This document shows, in pieces, positions 8,935 to 18,800 of a DNA stretch of 64,000 nucleotides (positions are counted from its first letter, which is position 1; every line of letters begins with the position of its first letter). The DNA is from an uncultured Poribacteria bacterium (GTDB lineage Bacteria > Poribacteria > WGA-4E > WGA-3G). Both the position numbers and the translations under genes were made by a program. The notes beneath the pieces are model-generated. The model saw nothing but the letters and a program-made list of their open reading frames with translations, was not told the DNA's origin and searched no databases. Location of the stretch: positions 4,928,001-4,992,000 of the forward strand of contig CATQHZ020000001.1 in NCBI GenBank assembly GCA_958296135.2. The letters are read 5' to 3'.

Positions 8935-9417
8935 TCATCTCGGGTGCGGGGAGATGAAGAGGTGTTGTTCGTTGAGACCTAACGTGATGCGCCGGTTGTC
9001 CTTTTCAAGGACGACCTGTTTAGGGGCAATCATAACCAAGCACCAGCCGTTTTGGGACACATCATCGAGCGTGACGAAGTGAATCTGTTGCGTGTCGACC
9101 GCTTTCAAGACAGCTTGATAGTGATTGCGTTCGTCTATCAAGATAGTTCCGACGAGGTGGAAGGGGACATCGCTTTTGGGTTCGGGCTTCCAACCGAGGG
9201 GTCGGAACAGGTTATTGTCGATAATCACCTGATAGTGTTCGGGGAGTTCTTCGCCCCATTCGGATGCGCGTGTGCTTTCAGGTGATATTTGGGTGTCGGT
9301 TTCGGGTGGCTCTACGGGTAACGTCCGTTTCGGTTGAGGTTGTTCCCGTGTGATGAGTAGGCCGCCGCTTATCACGAGCAGCAGCATCGCGATGGATGCG
9401 GCGAGGGTTTTCATCAC
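8935..9417 (-). CDS. Bitopic protein with GspC(HR)/PilP-like beta domain
   Basis: N-terminal TM, Pro-rich linker, then IIDNNLF.P..., FHLVGTIL, AVLK....Q.HFV....V..GW.LV.IAPKQVVLEK..RRITL, a pattern typical of T2SS protein C/PilP. Confidence 0.6.
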   Translation of the reverse strand: MMKTLAASIAMLLLVISGGLLITREQPQPKRTLPVEPPETDTQISPESTRASEWGEELPEHYQVIIDNNLFRPLGWKPEPKSDVPFHLVGTILIDERNHYQAVLKAVDTQQIHFVTLDDVSQNGWCLVMIAPKQVVLEKDNRRITLGLNEQHLFISPHPR

Positions 9418-9554
9418 GGTTTGATTTCTCCTTTTGTTGGGCGCGTGGCTGAGGCGCGCGGTTGGTAAACGTTATCTATGGACCGAGCGAACGTTTCGCG
9501 CGGTTCTGTGAAAAAATCGCGTTAAAAGTTGCGATTTCTATCAACTTCGTATTA

Positions 9555-9583
9555 ATTGTCCCACATTATTGTTCGTTTGTCAA
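9555..9583 (-). promoter_or_regulatory. sigma70-type promoter for the GspC-like/array 1 operon
   Basis: Minus strand TTGACA-17 bp-GACAAT with extended TG. Homologous to TTGGCA-17-TATCAT at ~25221-25249. Confidence 0.55.
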
Positions 9584-9628
9584 ATTAAAATTGAAAAATG
9601 AGGAAAATGTGACTTTTTTGTTTAAACC

Positions 9629-9657
9629 TTGACAAAAAGATATTTTTCGTGTATTCT
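9629..9657 (+). promoter_or_regulatory. sigma70-type promoter of nadA
   Basis: TTGACA(9629)-17 bp-TATTCT(9652). Confidence 0.7.
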
Positions 9658-9671
9658 ATCCTGAAGTATGA

Positions 9672-9742
9672 TTTTTGTATTGCCCAGCAGTGGTTTCGCT
9701 GTATCTGTGCAGGAAACGTTACGCCTGGCGACAATACAAAAA
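9672..9742 (+). promoter_or_regulatory. Long bulged hairpin in the nadA 5' UTR (candidate cis-regulatory RNA)
   Basis: tttttgtattg/caatacaaaaa, ccag/ctgg, gtttc/gaaac and ctgta/tgcag nested pairings end just before the TGGAG RBS. Confidence 0.5.
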
Positions 9743-9760
9743 CGTTGGAGCGTGATTGGC

Positions 9761-10876
9761 ATGAAGTCCACGAAAGGAACTCGCCACACGGAAGGTGCTA
9801 CAAACGGCACGAGAGATTTAACGCTTGCGGACGTGAAACAGGAACTGTATAACCGACATCATCCTAGTTTGACGTTCCTCGATATCGAAGCACACGCCAA
9901 GACTATCCATAGGATACGCGCCCTGAAGCAGAAGCATGACGTTGTCATGCTCGGGCACAACTATATGGAGCCCCTCGTTTTTGGGTTATCCGACAAAGCC
10001 GAACAGGGTGATTCACTCGGGCTCAGCATGTATGCCGCAAAGACAGAGGCACAATACCTCATCTTTAACGGTGTGCCGTTCATGGCGGAAACAGCCAAGA
10101 TTCTGAGCCCCGATAAAACTGTGCTGGTCGCGGATAAGACAGCAGGCTGTTCGCTTGCCGATAACTTCGGCGCAGAAGATGTCAAGGTGTTGAAAGCACT
10201 TTACCCGGGCGCGCCGGTGATGATTTACGTTAACAGTTATGCTGAAGCGAAGGCAGAATCCGATATCTGCTGCACGTCTGCTAACGCAGCGCATATCGCC
10301 AAGTCGCTACCGGGCGATACTGTTATTTTTGTGCCAGATATCTTCTTCGCGCAGAATCTGGAGGAAGAGCTCAAGGGTGAAAAAACGGTTGCCTACCCCG
10401 GCAAGGACAACACGGCGCGCGGCGCAGTCTGCGAGGTGCACGAACGGTTTACGCTGGCTGACTTGCTGGCAATCCGGGAGTCGTTTGAGATTCCAAAAGG
10501 ACATTCGCATCGCAAGTTGTATGCGCACTGGGAATGCCGCCCGGATGTCCTGAAGGAAGCTGATTTTTACGGCAGCACCAGTCAGATTATGAAGGACATC
10601 GCGGCACGCGTCGCGGGGGATGGATTAGAGCGTGCCTTCGTCGCATCGGAGTGCGAACTCACTTCAAATCTCGCGCAGGAATTCCCGGCTGTCCAATTCT
10701 GGACAGCGTGCTCCATCCGATGCACGCACATGGCGAAGGTGAGTCTCGGCAAAATCGCCAACATCCTTGAAGCCATCGATGAGGGTGCCGACCTCGGTGA
10801 ATTCGAGGTAACGCTGGATGCGGATGTCATTGACAACGCGCGTGCGCCTATTGAACGGATGTTGGAGTTTTCGTAA
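9761..10876 (+). CDS. nadA: Quinolinate synthase A
   Basis: GHNYM, GDSLGLS, FMAETAKILSPDK.VL...AGCSLAD, YVNS.A..KA.SDICCTSANA, HWEC, GSTSQI and C.HM motifs. Confidence 0.95.
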   Translation: MKSTKGTRHTEGATNGTRDLTLADVKQELYNRHHPSLTFLDIEAHAKTIHRIRALKQKHDVVMLGHNYMEPLVFGLSDKAEQGDSLGLSMYAAKTEAQYLIFNGVPFMAETAKILSPDKTVLVADKTAGCSLADNFGAEDVKVLKALYPGAPVMIYVNSYAEAKAESDICCTSANAAHIAKSLPGDTVIFVPDIFFAQNLEEELKGEKTVAYPGKDNTARGAVCEVHERFTLADLLAIRESFEIPKGHSHRKLYAHWECRPDVLKEADFYGSTSQIMKDIAARVAGDGLERAFVASECELTSNLAQEFPAVQFWTACSIRCTHMAKVSLGKIANILEAIDEGADLGEFEVTLDADVIDNARAPIERMLEFS

Positions 10877-10894
10877 TTCGCGAGGCGTGGTTGA

Positions 10895-11452
10895 GTCTGG
10901 CGAGGGCCCGGCGAGCGCGAATCGCCGAGGGTGCCCCTCGCAATCGGGGCATGGCGCGGCACAGGACCGCGACCTACGGTACAAGAAGCCTTTTCACCGT
11001 AGCGCGAGGGCCGTCACGCCGAAACGTTGTCATCTCTGCAGCCTCGCTGCAGAGATGTCCACTGTCCCTCGCGATCGTTCACACAACAAGAAAGCCCCTT
11101 TTTACTCGCGCAAGGCATGGCGCGAGCACAGGACCGCGCCCTACGGTACAAGTAGCCTTTTCACCGTAGCACGAGGGAAAACCTGGCGAGCGCGATCCAA
11201 ACGGCCCCTTTCACCGTAGCGCGAGGGCCTGTCCCTCGCGATCTCTCTCGCACCAAAACCGCCCGCAGCCCCGATCGCGAGGGAAAACCTGTCCCTCGCG
11301 ATCGGGGCATGGCGCGGCACAGGACCGCGCCCTACGGTAAGGGAAGGGGCTCGTGTCGATCGAGAGACCGCGAGGCACAGGACCTCGCGCTACGGGCCGC
11401 GGGGCGCGAGCGGCGCGGCACAGGCCCTCGCGCTACGGGCCGCGGGGGCGCG
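10895..11452. repeat. REP/REPIN cluster between convergent genes
   Basis: Multiple gcgcgagggcctgtccctcgcg, aggaccgcgccctacggt and catctctgcagcctcgctgcagagatg palindromic modules. Confidence 0.85.
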
Positions 11453-11462
11453 ATGGGGTGAA

Positions 11463-12518
11463 CTAAAATCGCGTAATGACAGAGACCCGGTGTGCATTGC
11501 CTACATAAGCATCAGGGACGTAGGCGTAATCGAATTGGAAGTCGATGTTCGCTAAGGCATCATCGCCGCTGCGCCGCACGCCGATGCCGAGTGCCAACCC
11601 GTTCGCCGGATTGTCGTTCAAACCGATACGGTAACCGATGCGCGCCGCCACAGCATCGTAAAACCATCGTTCCGCGCCGACGTGGAAACTGGGGGCGGCA
11701 TCAATTAACGGGATATGCGCATCCGCGCCGAATGCCCAAAGTTCAAGCGCGGGCAGTACCTCATCATCGGATTCAGAGGCATCGAGGCCAGAAGTTTCTC
11801 CTACGGAGGCATCGGGACTAGAAGTCCCACCTACTGGCTCCTTCCACGTCCGGTACGCCATGCCTGCACGGATAGCTATCGGGAGATTCTCGCCGCCATC
11901 TAGGAAACCAGCGTTTTGCACCGCAACGCCGATACCCAAGTGATTGTCAACAAGGCGCAGGAGGATGCCGACATCCGCTGCGACACCATAAGAGTTCTGG
12001 ATGTCTAACTGCTGTGAGATCATCTTCGCCGTGCCGCCGACAGACATCGCCGAGCCCAACGGGAAGGCGAGCGATAGCCCGGTGGCGAAGCCGCCTACGG
12101 TGACGGTGCTGTCCGGCTCCTTCGTCGGGCTGATGCGCCGCTCAATCTCGGTGAAGCTGCCGAGGAAACTGGCTCCCCAAGTGAACCGTTCGGTGCGCTG
12201 CGCGTAGCCGACTGTCTGGTTGTTAATGTCGGCAAACGAGAAGTGCTGCATCGCCGTGAGCTCTCTGTCCTGAACGGAGGTGAGCCCGGCGGGATTCCAA
12301 AAGATGGTGTTAATATCGTTCGCGATGCCAGCGAACGCGCCGCCCATGCCTGCCGGGCGGCTGCCCCCCTCGATTTTAAGGAAGGCGGCACCGGCGGTGC
12401 CGGCATCGTCATGGATATTCACCGCCAGCGCGCTTGGGTTAAGAAGGCACAGCGCACCGACAGAAAGGGACACCACGATGAGTATCTGTTGAATTTTTCG
12501 TATGCACAAATTTTGCAA
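11463..12518 (-). CDS. PorV/PorQ-family (UPF0164-like) outer-membrane beta-barrel
   Basis: GAAFLKIEGGSRPAGMGGAFAGIANDINTIFWNPAGL signature and C-terminal FDYAY...GNAHRVS..RF. Probable TTG start at 12518 after GAGGAG; the longer ORF reads through repeats. Confidence 0.85.
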   Translation of the reverse strand: MQNLCIRKIQQILIVVSLSVGALCLLNPSALAVNIHDDAGTAGAAFLKIEGGSRPAGMGGAFAGIANDINTIFWNPAGLTSVQDRELTAMQHFSFADINNQTVGYAQRTERFTWGASFLGSFTEIERRISPTKEPDSTVTVGGFATGLSLAFPLGSAMSVGGTAKMISQQLDIQNSYGVAADVGILLRLVDNHLGIGVAVQNAGFLDGGENLPIAIRAGMAYRTWKEPVGGTSSPDASVGETSGLDASESDDEVLPALELWAFGADAHIPLIDAAPSFHVGAERWFYDAVAARIGYRIGLNDNPANGLALGIGVRRSGDDALANIDFQFDYAYVPDAYVGNAHRVSVITRF

Positions 12519-12585
12519 GGTTTTTCTCCTCAAGGAAGCACGGTTGGATGAAGTTTCAAATTTAAAACGGACACTCTCCACACAC

Positions 12586-12787
12586 GGGTATCTCCGTAGG
12601 AGAACCCTCCTGGTCTCGATGCATCGGGTATCTCCGTAGGAGAACCCTCCTGGTCTCGATGCATGCGGTATCGGGCGCGGTTGGAAACCGCGCCTACCGG
12701 GGTGTGATAAGGGTATCTCCGTAGGAGAGCCCTCCTGGTCTCGATGCATCGGGTATCTCCGTAGGAGAGCCCTCCTGGTCTCGATGC
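12586..12787. repeat. Tandem REP family-2 units (~40 bp)
   Basis: Four copies of gggtatctccgtaggaga(a/g)ccctcctggtctcgatgc plus one ggcgcggttggaaaccgcgcctac unit. Confidence 0.85.
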
Positions 12788-12802
12788 GGTGTGTGACAAA
12801 AC

Positions 12803-15800
12803 TTAGTCAACAACAAGCACCTTCCCGACAACGTTCGCACGGTTGCCAGTGGCATTGAACGCCTCTAAACGGAAAATGTAGATACCTCGCGCAACCGGAT
12901 TGCCTGCCTGATTTCTCAAATTCCATTTCAGCAGCTGATCATTCCGCATCCCCGATACAACATCAGGATAGGTTTGCGAGAGCACCATGTCGCCGCTCCA
13001 GTCGTAGATGCTCAACGTCAACTCCACGGTGTCACCCATCGGCACGTTCACATCAAACGAGAAGAACGCCACATCGCCTCTGGAGATGCGCAGTGGATTT
13101 GGCCAGCCAAACGTTGAACCCCGGAAGGTCAGCGATACAGACATCGTATACTTGCCGATGTCGTAAACCTCGTAGTTGCCGGCTTTGTCGGTAACGCGAA
13201 CATCCAGGTCATACTCACCGGAACGCGAGGGTAGGAAATCCAGAGACCAGCGGCTCCACGGTTCCTCTTCGGCGTTGCTATCGTCTACTGCAGGCACCGG
13301 GTCGATGGGTTGTTCGTCCGGTCCGGTGCCGACAATTTCCACAAGCCACACGCCGGATGCTGGCACCTGCTGTTCATTATCGCCGATGCGCTGTGTGCCG
13401 CTCGGGTCTGTCGCAGTGCCTTCCAGGGGCAGTGCCTCATCAGTCAACTCCTTTACGCCGCCATCGCTCGTTAGGGTAGCAGTCGGAGCCGTCGTTTCAT
13501 AGAGGAACTCCGTCGTGATCGAATCCTGTGGCGCGAAGCCGAGAAATTCAGCGTCGTTTCCGACACTCGTCACCGTTACCTGATAAAGCCCGCGGGTAGT
13601 CAAGCCTGCCGATTTGAACACCAACGTATCAACACCGTTCTGCTGCGTCGTGCCGGCGAGTTGTGCGCCGCCAGGGGCCTTCACAACAATTCTTGACTGC
13701 GCGAGGTTCACCCCCAAGCCATCGTCAAACATATTGGCTTGGATGACGACACCGCCTGTCGTAGAAATCGCTGTTGGGTAGTCCAGCGCGTTGGCATCCA
13801 CCAGCAGTGGTGCGCCGTTGATAAGCAGCGTGCTGTCATCAATAACCGGGGGTGCTGTATCGTAGGTAAACACCTTTTCATAAGGCGCGCTGCTGTTCCC
13901 CGCCCGGTCCTTCGGCGAGACGGTGATGCGGTATTCGCCATCGTTTGAGCCATCATCTGCGAGCGGCGTTGTCAAGCGGAAACGGAGGGTATCCTGCGAG
14001 GCATCCTCCACTTTGCCTGAAATCGTCTTCCCACCGTTCGGTGAAATGCGTTCAAACGAGAGCCAGTCATCGTCCAAATTCTCCCAATCAATGCCAGATT
14101 GGTTATCGGTGAGTTTGACCTGGATTTCCGTGAGGGAGTTGTTAACACCCGATTCGGTGACAACAAGTTGAATGTCCTCAGTTTCCAATTCCGGTGCTTC
14201 CGTATCGTAGGTGAACGTCAAGCTTTGGGCATCACCGCTGCGTCCGGAGGCACTAATCGGCGTAAACTCAATGGTATAAATGCCATCTTCGGAGCCGTCT
14301 TGCGCCAGCGGGCGCGCCAACGTATAGGTAAGCCGGGAAGCATCGCGCTGTTGTTGCCCAGGGATGACGCGCGCGCCAGGGCCGAGCAACCGAAGCGTGG
14401 AGAGATGTCTCGCCTCTGTCTTGGCATCAGCCGACTCCAGTTCCACTTCGATGCGTGAAATTTTCTCGTTGGTGAAGGCATCTTCCGCCGGCGCAGTGAC
14501 CGGTTCTGTGGAGACGACGCTCGGTAACGTGCGCGAAAGTAGGAAACTGCGCTCAAACCGCAATGCGTCACCGTTGCCGGCTCTATCCCGCACTTGGACA
14601 CGGATGCGGTAACGTCCATCTTCTACCAACGGATTGAGATTCAGTGTCAGTTCAGATTCCCCATTGTTGCTAAGGGCCCCAGTGATGGAGGTCCCCCCCG
14701 GTGCAACCAATGTCAACGTCGTCGCGGAGAAGTCTATCCCGCTACCGCCTGCATCTTCCAAAGTCGCTTCAACCTGAGACACGTCGTCGGTGAGAATGTC
14801 ACCGTCCGCCGGCACGGTGCTGACGAGCTGCGGTGCCTGCGTGTCGTAGACAATGCTATGTTCTGCCTCATACCTATTTCCCGATTTGTCAACGAGGGTT
14901 ACCCGGACGGTATATTCTCCATCCTCGCTGCCATCTTTAGCGAGAGGTTGCGGCAGCGTGAGGAAAAGCCTGTCAGTCTCATTGTGCGTCAGGTCTGTCG
15001 GAACCTGACTTCCCGCCGCATCAAGCAGTGTCATCGACTGCTCTTCCACCCAGAATTCGGCAGGGCCGACATCTGCAACGGTGACACTCAGCTGCGCCAA
15101 TGCTGATGGGGCGGACAGATAAGTGACAGGTTGACTCATATCCATCGGGGATGCATCGGTTATCTCCGGCGGTTGGGTATCAAAGACAAACTGGCGGTAG
15201 ACAGCCGCGCCTTGCCGCCCCGCTTTATCGCGCGGCGTTATCGTCACCGTATAACGGCCGTCAGCAGTGCCATCGAGCGGCAACGCACTCGGCACCCAGG
15301 TCAATGCGTCTACACCGTCATCGGTTGTCGTACCGGGGACAGGAGTGCCAGCAGCGTTTGCAACGGTGATGGTTGAACCACCTTCGCCGAGTGCCACGCC
15401 TGCACCGCTCGGGTCTGCCAACATCGCGACGATGCTTGTGGCTTCGCCGTTGACATAAACGATACCGCCTGCTTTACCATCTATCCGCACCGATGTCACA
15501 CTCGGTAAGTCAACATCGAGGCGGAAGCGGTAAGTCACCGCGCCCCGCGCAGTATTGCCAGCGATATCCTGTGGCGTAATGCTCAAGGTATAGATACCCA
15601 GTGCCTGCGGCGCAACAAACTGCGCTCTTAATACGGTAGACTGGGGCTCGAGAGGAACAGGCTCTTGCGCTACGGTCACCGGCATCAGTGTCAGTGACAG
15701 CGTCTCGTCCTCCGGGTTTGTTAACGTAACCGTCGTGTTGGCAAAGTCCACGCGGGTAGTTGCTTCTTCAAACGCAATCTCCAGCTCACTGAAACCGAGT

Positions 15801-18800
15801 TCCGTAATCACCGTCGGCTGTGTGGCAACGAGCCGGGTCGGCTCCGCCGTGTTTAACGTCACGCCGGAGACTTGCGGCACCTGCGTATCATAAACCACAG
15901 CGTAGTCCGCTTGCGTCTCATTGCCCGCTCTGTCCACCAGCGTGAGCGTGACGGTATAAGTGCCATCGGCACTGCCATCTATCGGCAACGGGTCCGTCAA
16001 CGTGAGGAACACCTGGTCTGTCTCGTTGTGCTTCAGCGCCGAGGGCACCTCGTCGCCATCAGGCGCGCGGAAGTGAACCCGCTGCGCCGCTAAGTCTAAC
16101 GCCGCCGGGCCGACATCCGCCACGGTGAAACGCACCTGCGGATTTTGTGAGAAACTGGCATTGACATAGGTACGCGGTTGATTCAGAACGATTGGTGTCG
16201 CTTCGGTTACCCGCGGCGGTTGGGTATCAAAGACAAACTGGCGGTAGACAGCCGCGCCTTGCCGCCCCGCTTTATCGCGCGGCGTTATCGTCACCGTATA
16301 ACGGCCGTCAGCAGTGCCATCGAGCGGCAATACCCCCGGCACCCAGGTCAATTCGGCCACACCGTTATCCGTTGTCGTGCCGGGGACAGGAGTGCCAGCA
16401 GCGTTTGCAACGGTGATGGTTGAACCGCCTTCACCCAGGGCGATGCCTGCACCGCTCGGGTCTACCAGGGTGGCGACGATGCTCGTGGCTTCGCCGTTGA
16501 CATAAACGATACCGCCGACTTTGCCATCTATCCGCACCGATGTCACACTCGGTAAGTCAACATCGAGGCGAAAGCGGTAAGTCACCGCGCCCCGCGCAGT
16601 ATTGCCAGCGATATCCTGTGGCGTAATGCTCAAGGTATAGATACCCAGTGCCTGCGGCGCAACAAACTGCGCTCTTAATACGGTAGACTGGGGCTCGAGA
16701 GGGACAGGCTCTTGCGCTACGGTCACCGGCATCAGTGTCAGTGACAGCGTCTCGTCCTCCGGGTTTGTTAACGTAACCGTCGTGTTGGCAAAGTCCACGC
16801 GGGTAGTTGCTTCTTCAAACGCAATCTCCAGCTCACTGAAACCGAGTTCCGTTATCACCGTCGGCTGTGTGGCGACGAGCCGTGTCGGCTCCGCCGTGTT
16901 TAATGTCACGTCGGAGACTTGCGGCACCTGTGTGTCATAAACCACCGCGTAGTCTGCTTGCGTCTCATTGCCCGCTCTGTCCACCAGCGTGAGCGTGACG
17001 GTATAAGTGCCATCGGCACTGCCATCTATCGGCAACGGGTCCGTCAACGTGAGGAACACCTGGTCTGTCTCGTTGTGCTTCAGCGCCGAGGGCACCTCGT
17101 CGCCATCAGGCGCGCGGAAGTGAACCTGCTGCGCCGCTAAGTCTAACGCCGCCGGACCGACATCCGCCACGGTGAAACGCACCTGCGGATTTTGTGAGAA
17201 ACTGGCATTGACATAGGTACGCGGTTGATTCAGAACGATTGGTGTCGCTTCGGTTACCCGCGGCGGTTGGGTATCAAAGACAAACTGGCGGTAGACAGCC
17301 GCGCCTTGCCGCCCCGCTTTATCGCGCGGCGTTATCGTCACCGTATAACGGCCGTCAGCAGTGCCATCGAGCGGCAATACCCCCGGCACCCAGGTCAATT
17401 CGGCCACACCGTTATCCGTTGTCGTGCCGGGGACAGGAGTGCCAGCAGCGTTTGCAACGGTGATGGTAGAACCGCCTTCACCCAGGGCGATGCCTGCACC
17501 GCTCGGGTCTACCAGGGTGGCGACGATGCTCGTGGCTTCGCCGTTGACATAAACGATACCGCCGACTTTGCCATCTATCCGCACCGATATCACACTCGGG
17601 ACGTTGACATCAAGGCGGAAGCGGTAAGTCACCGCGCCGCGCGCCACATTCCCGGCAATGTCTTGCGGTGTGATGCTGAGCGTATATACCCCGAGGGCCT
17701 GCGGCGCAACGAACCGCGCTGTCACCTGCGTTGTGCCTTTCGGCGTGAGCGTCAACGGGAGCGTCTCGTTCTCCGGGCCTGTCAACGTCATCGTCGTGTT
17801 GGCAAAGTCCACACGCGTGGTTGCTTCTTCAAACGCAATCTCCAGCTCACTGAAACCGAGTTCCGTAATCACCGTCGGCTGTGTGGCAACGAGCCGTGTC
17901 GGCTCCGCCGTGTTTAACGTCACGTCGGAGACTTGCGGCACCTGTGTGTCGTAAACCACCGCGTAGTTTGCTTGCGTCTCATTGCCCGCTCTGTCCACCA
18001 AAGACACGGCGATAGAATAACTACCGTCCGCGCTGCCATCTACCGCCAAGGGTTCTGTGAACGTTAAGAACATCCGGTCCGTCTGGTTACGAGTAACAAC
18101 CGCGCTGAGTGCCGTGCCATCAGCACCGAGGAGTTGTGCAGTCTGTTCGGACATCTCGACACCCGCCGGGCCGACATCGGCCACGGTGAAACTGAGCTCG
18201 GTATCGCTCGCAAAGCCGGCAGTGACAAACGTGACAGGGGCCGTCAGCGACAGCGGTGCTGCGTCTGTTATCTGTGGCGATTGCGTATCATAAATAAACT
18301 GCCGTCGCGCCACTTCGCCTTGCCGCCCGGCTTTATCTACCGGGGTGACAGTGACTGTGTAGCGTCCATCGGCGGTGCCATCTGTCGGCTGTCCAATCGC
18401 CTGCCATACAAGCTCGGTTGTCCCCTGAACGGTTGTAACGCCCGGTATCTCCGTCCCATCGGCATTGGTGACACTGATTCTCGAACCTTCGTTACCAAAC
18501 GCCAAGCCTGTTCCTGTCGGTGCTGTCAATGTGGCGACAATGCTCGTCGCGCCGCCGTTAACGTAAACGACAGTCCCGATTTTCCCACCGATTGCAACAG
18601 CACTGACTCTTGGCAATGCAACATCAAGTCGGAACGGATAGACAAACGGGCGCGGGCTGACATTACCGGCGTAGTCTTGCGGCGTAACGGAGAGACTGTA
18701 GTTCCCGGAGGCTGTTAACCTTGAGAAATTGAGCGTCAAACTGCTTTTCCCATCATGCGTCACGTTAATCGCGATTGCCTCGCCATCGGGCCCCGTCAAA

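Noticed and set aside
9622-9810. Antisense ORF beginning MPFVAPS resembling the leader-peptide motif PFVAPS
   Set aside because: It is antisense to the nadA start, lacks the other conserved blocks, and is probably coincidence.
12586-12787. Possible CRISPR array (40-bp repeats); similar look at 31968-32052, 53513-53952 and 61866-62560
   Set aside because: Units are head-to-tail without unique spacers, are GTAG-type palindromes dispersed across the window, and no cas genes are present.
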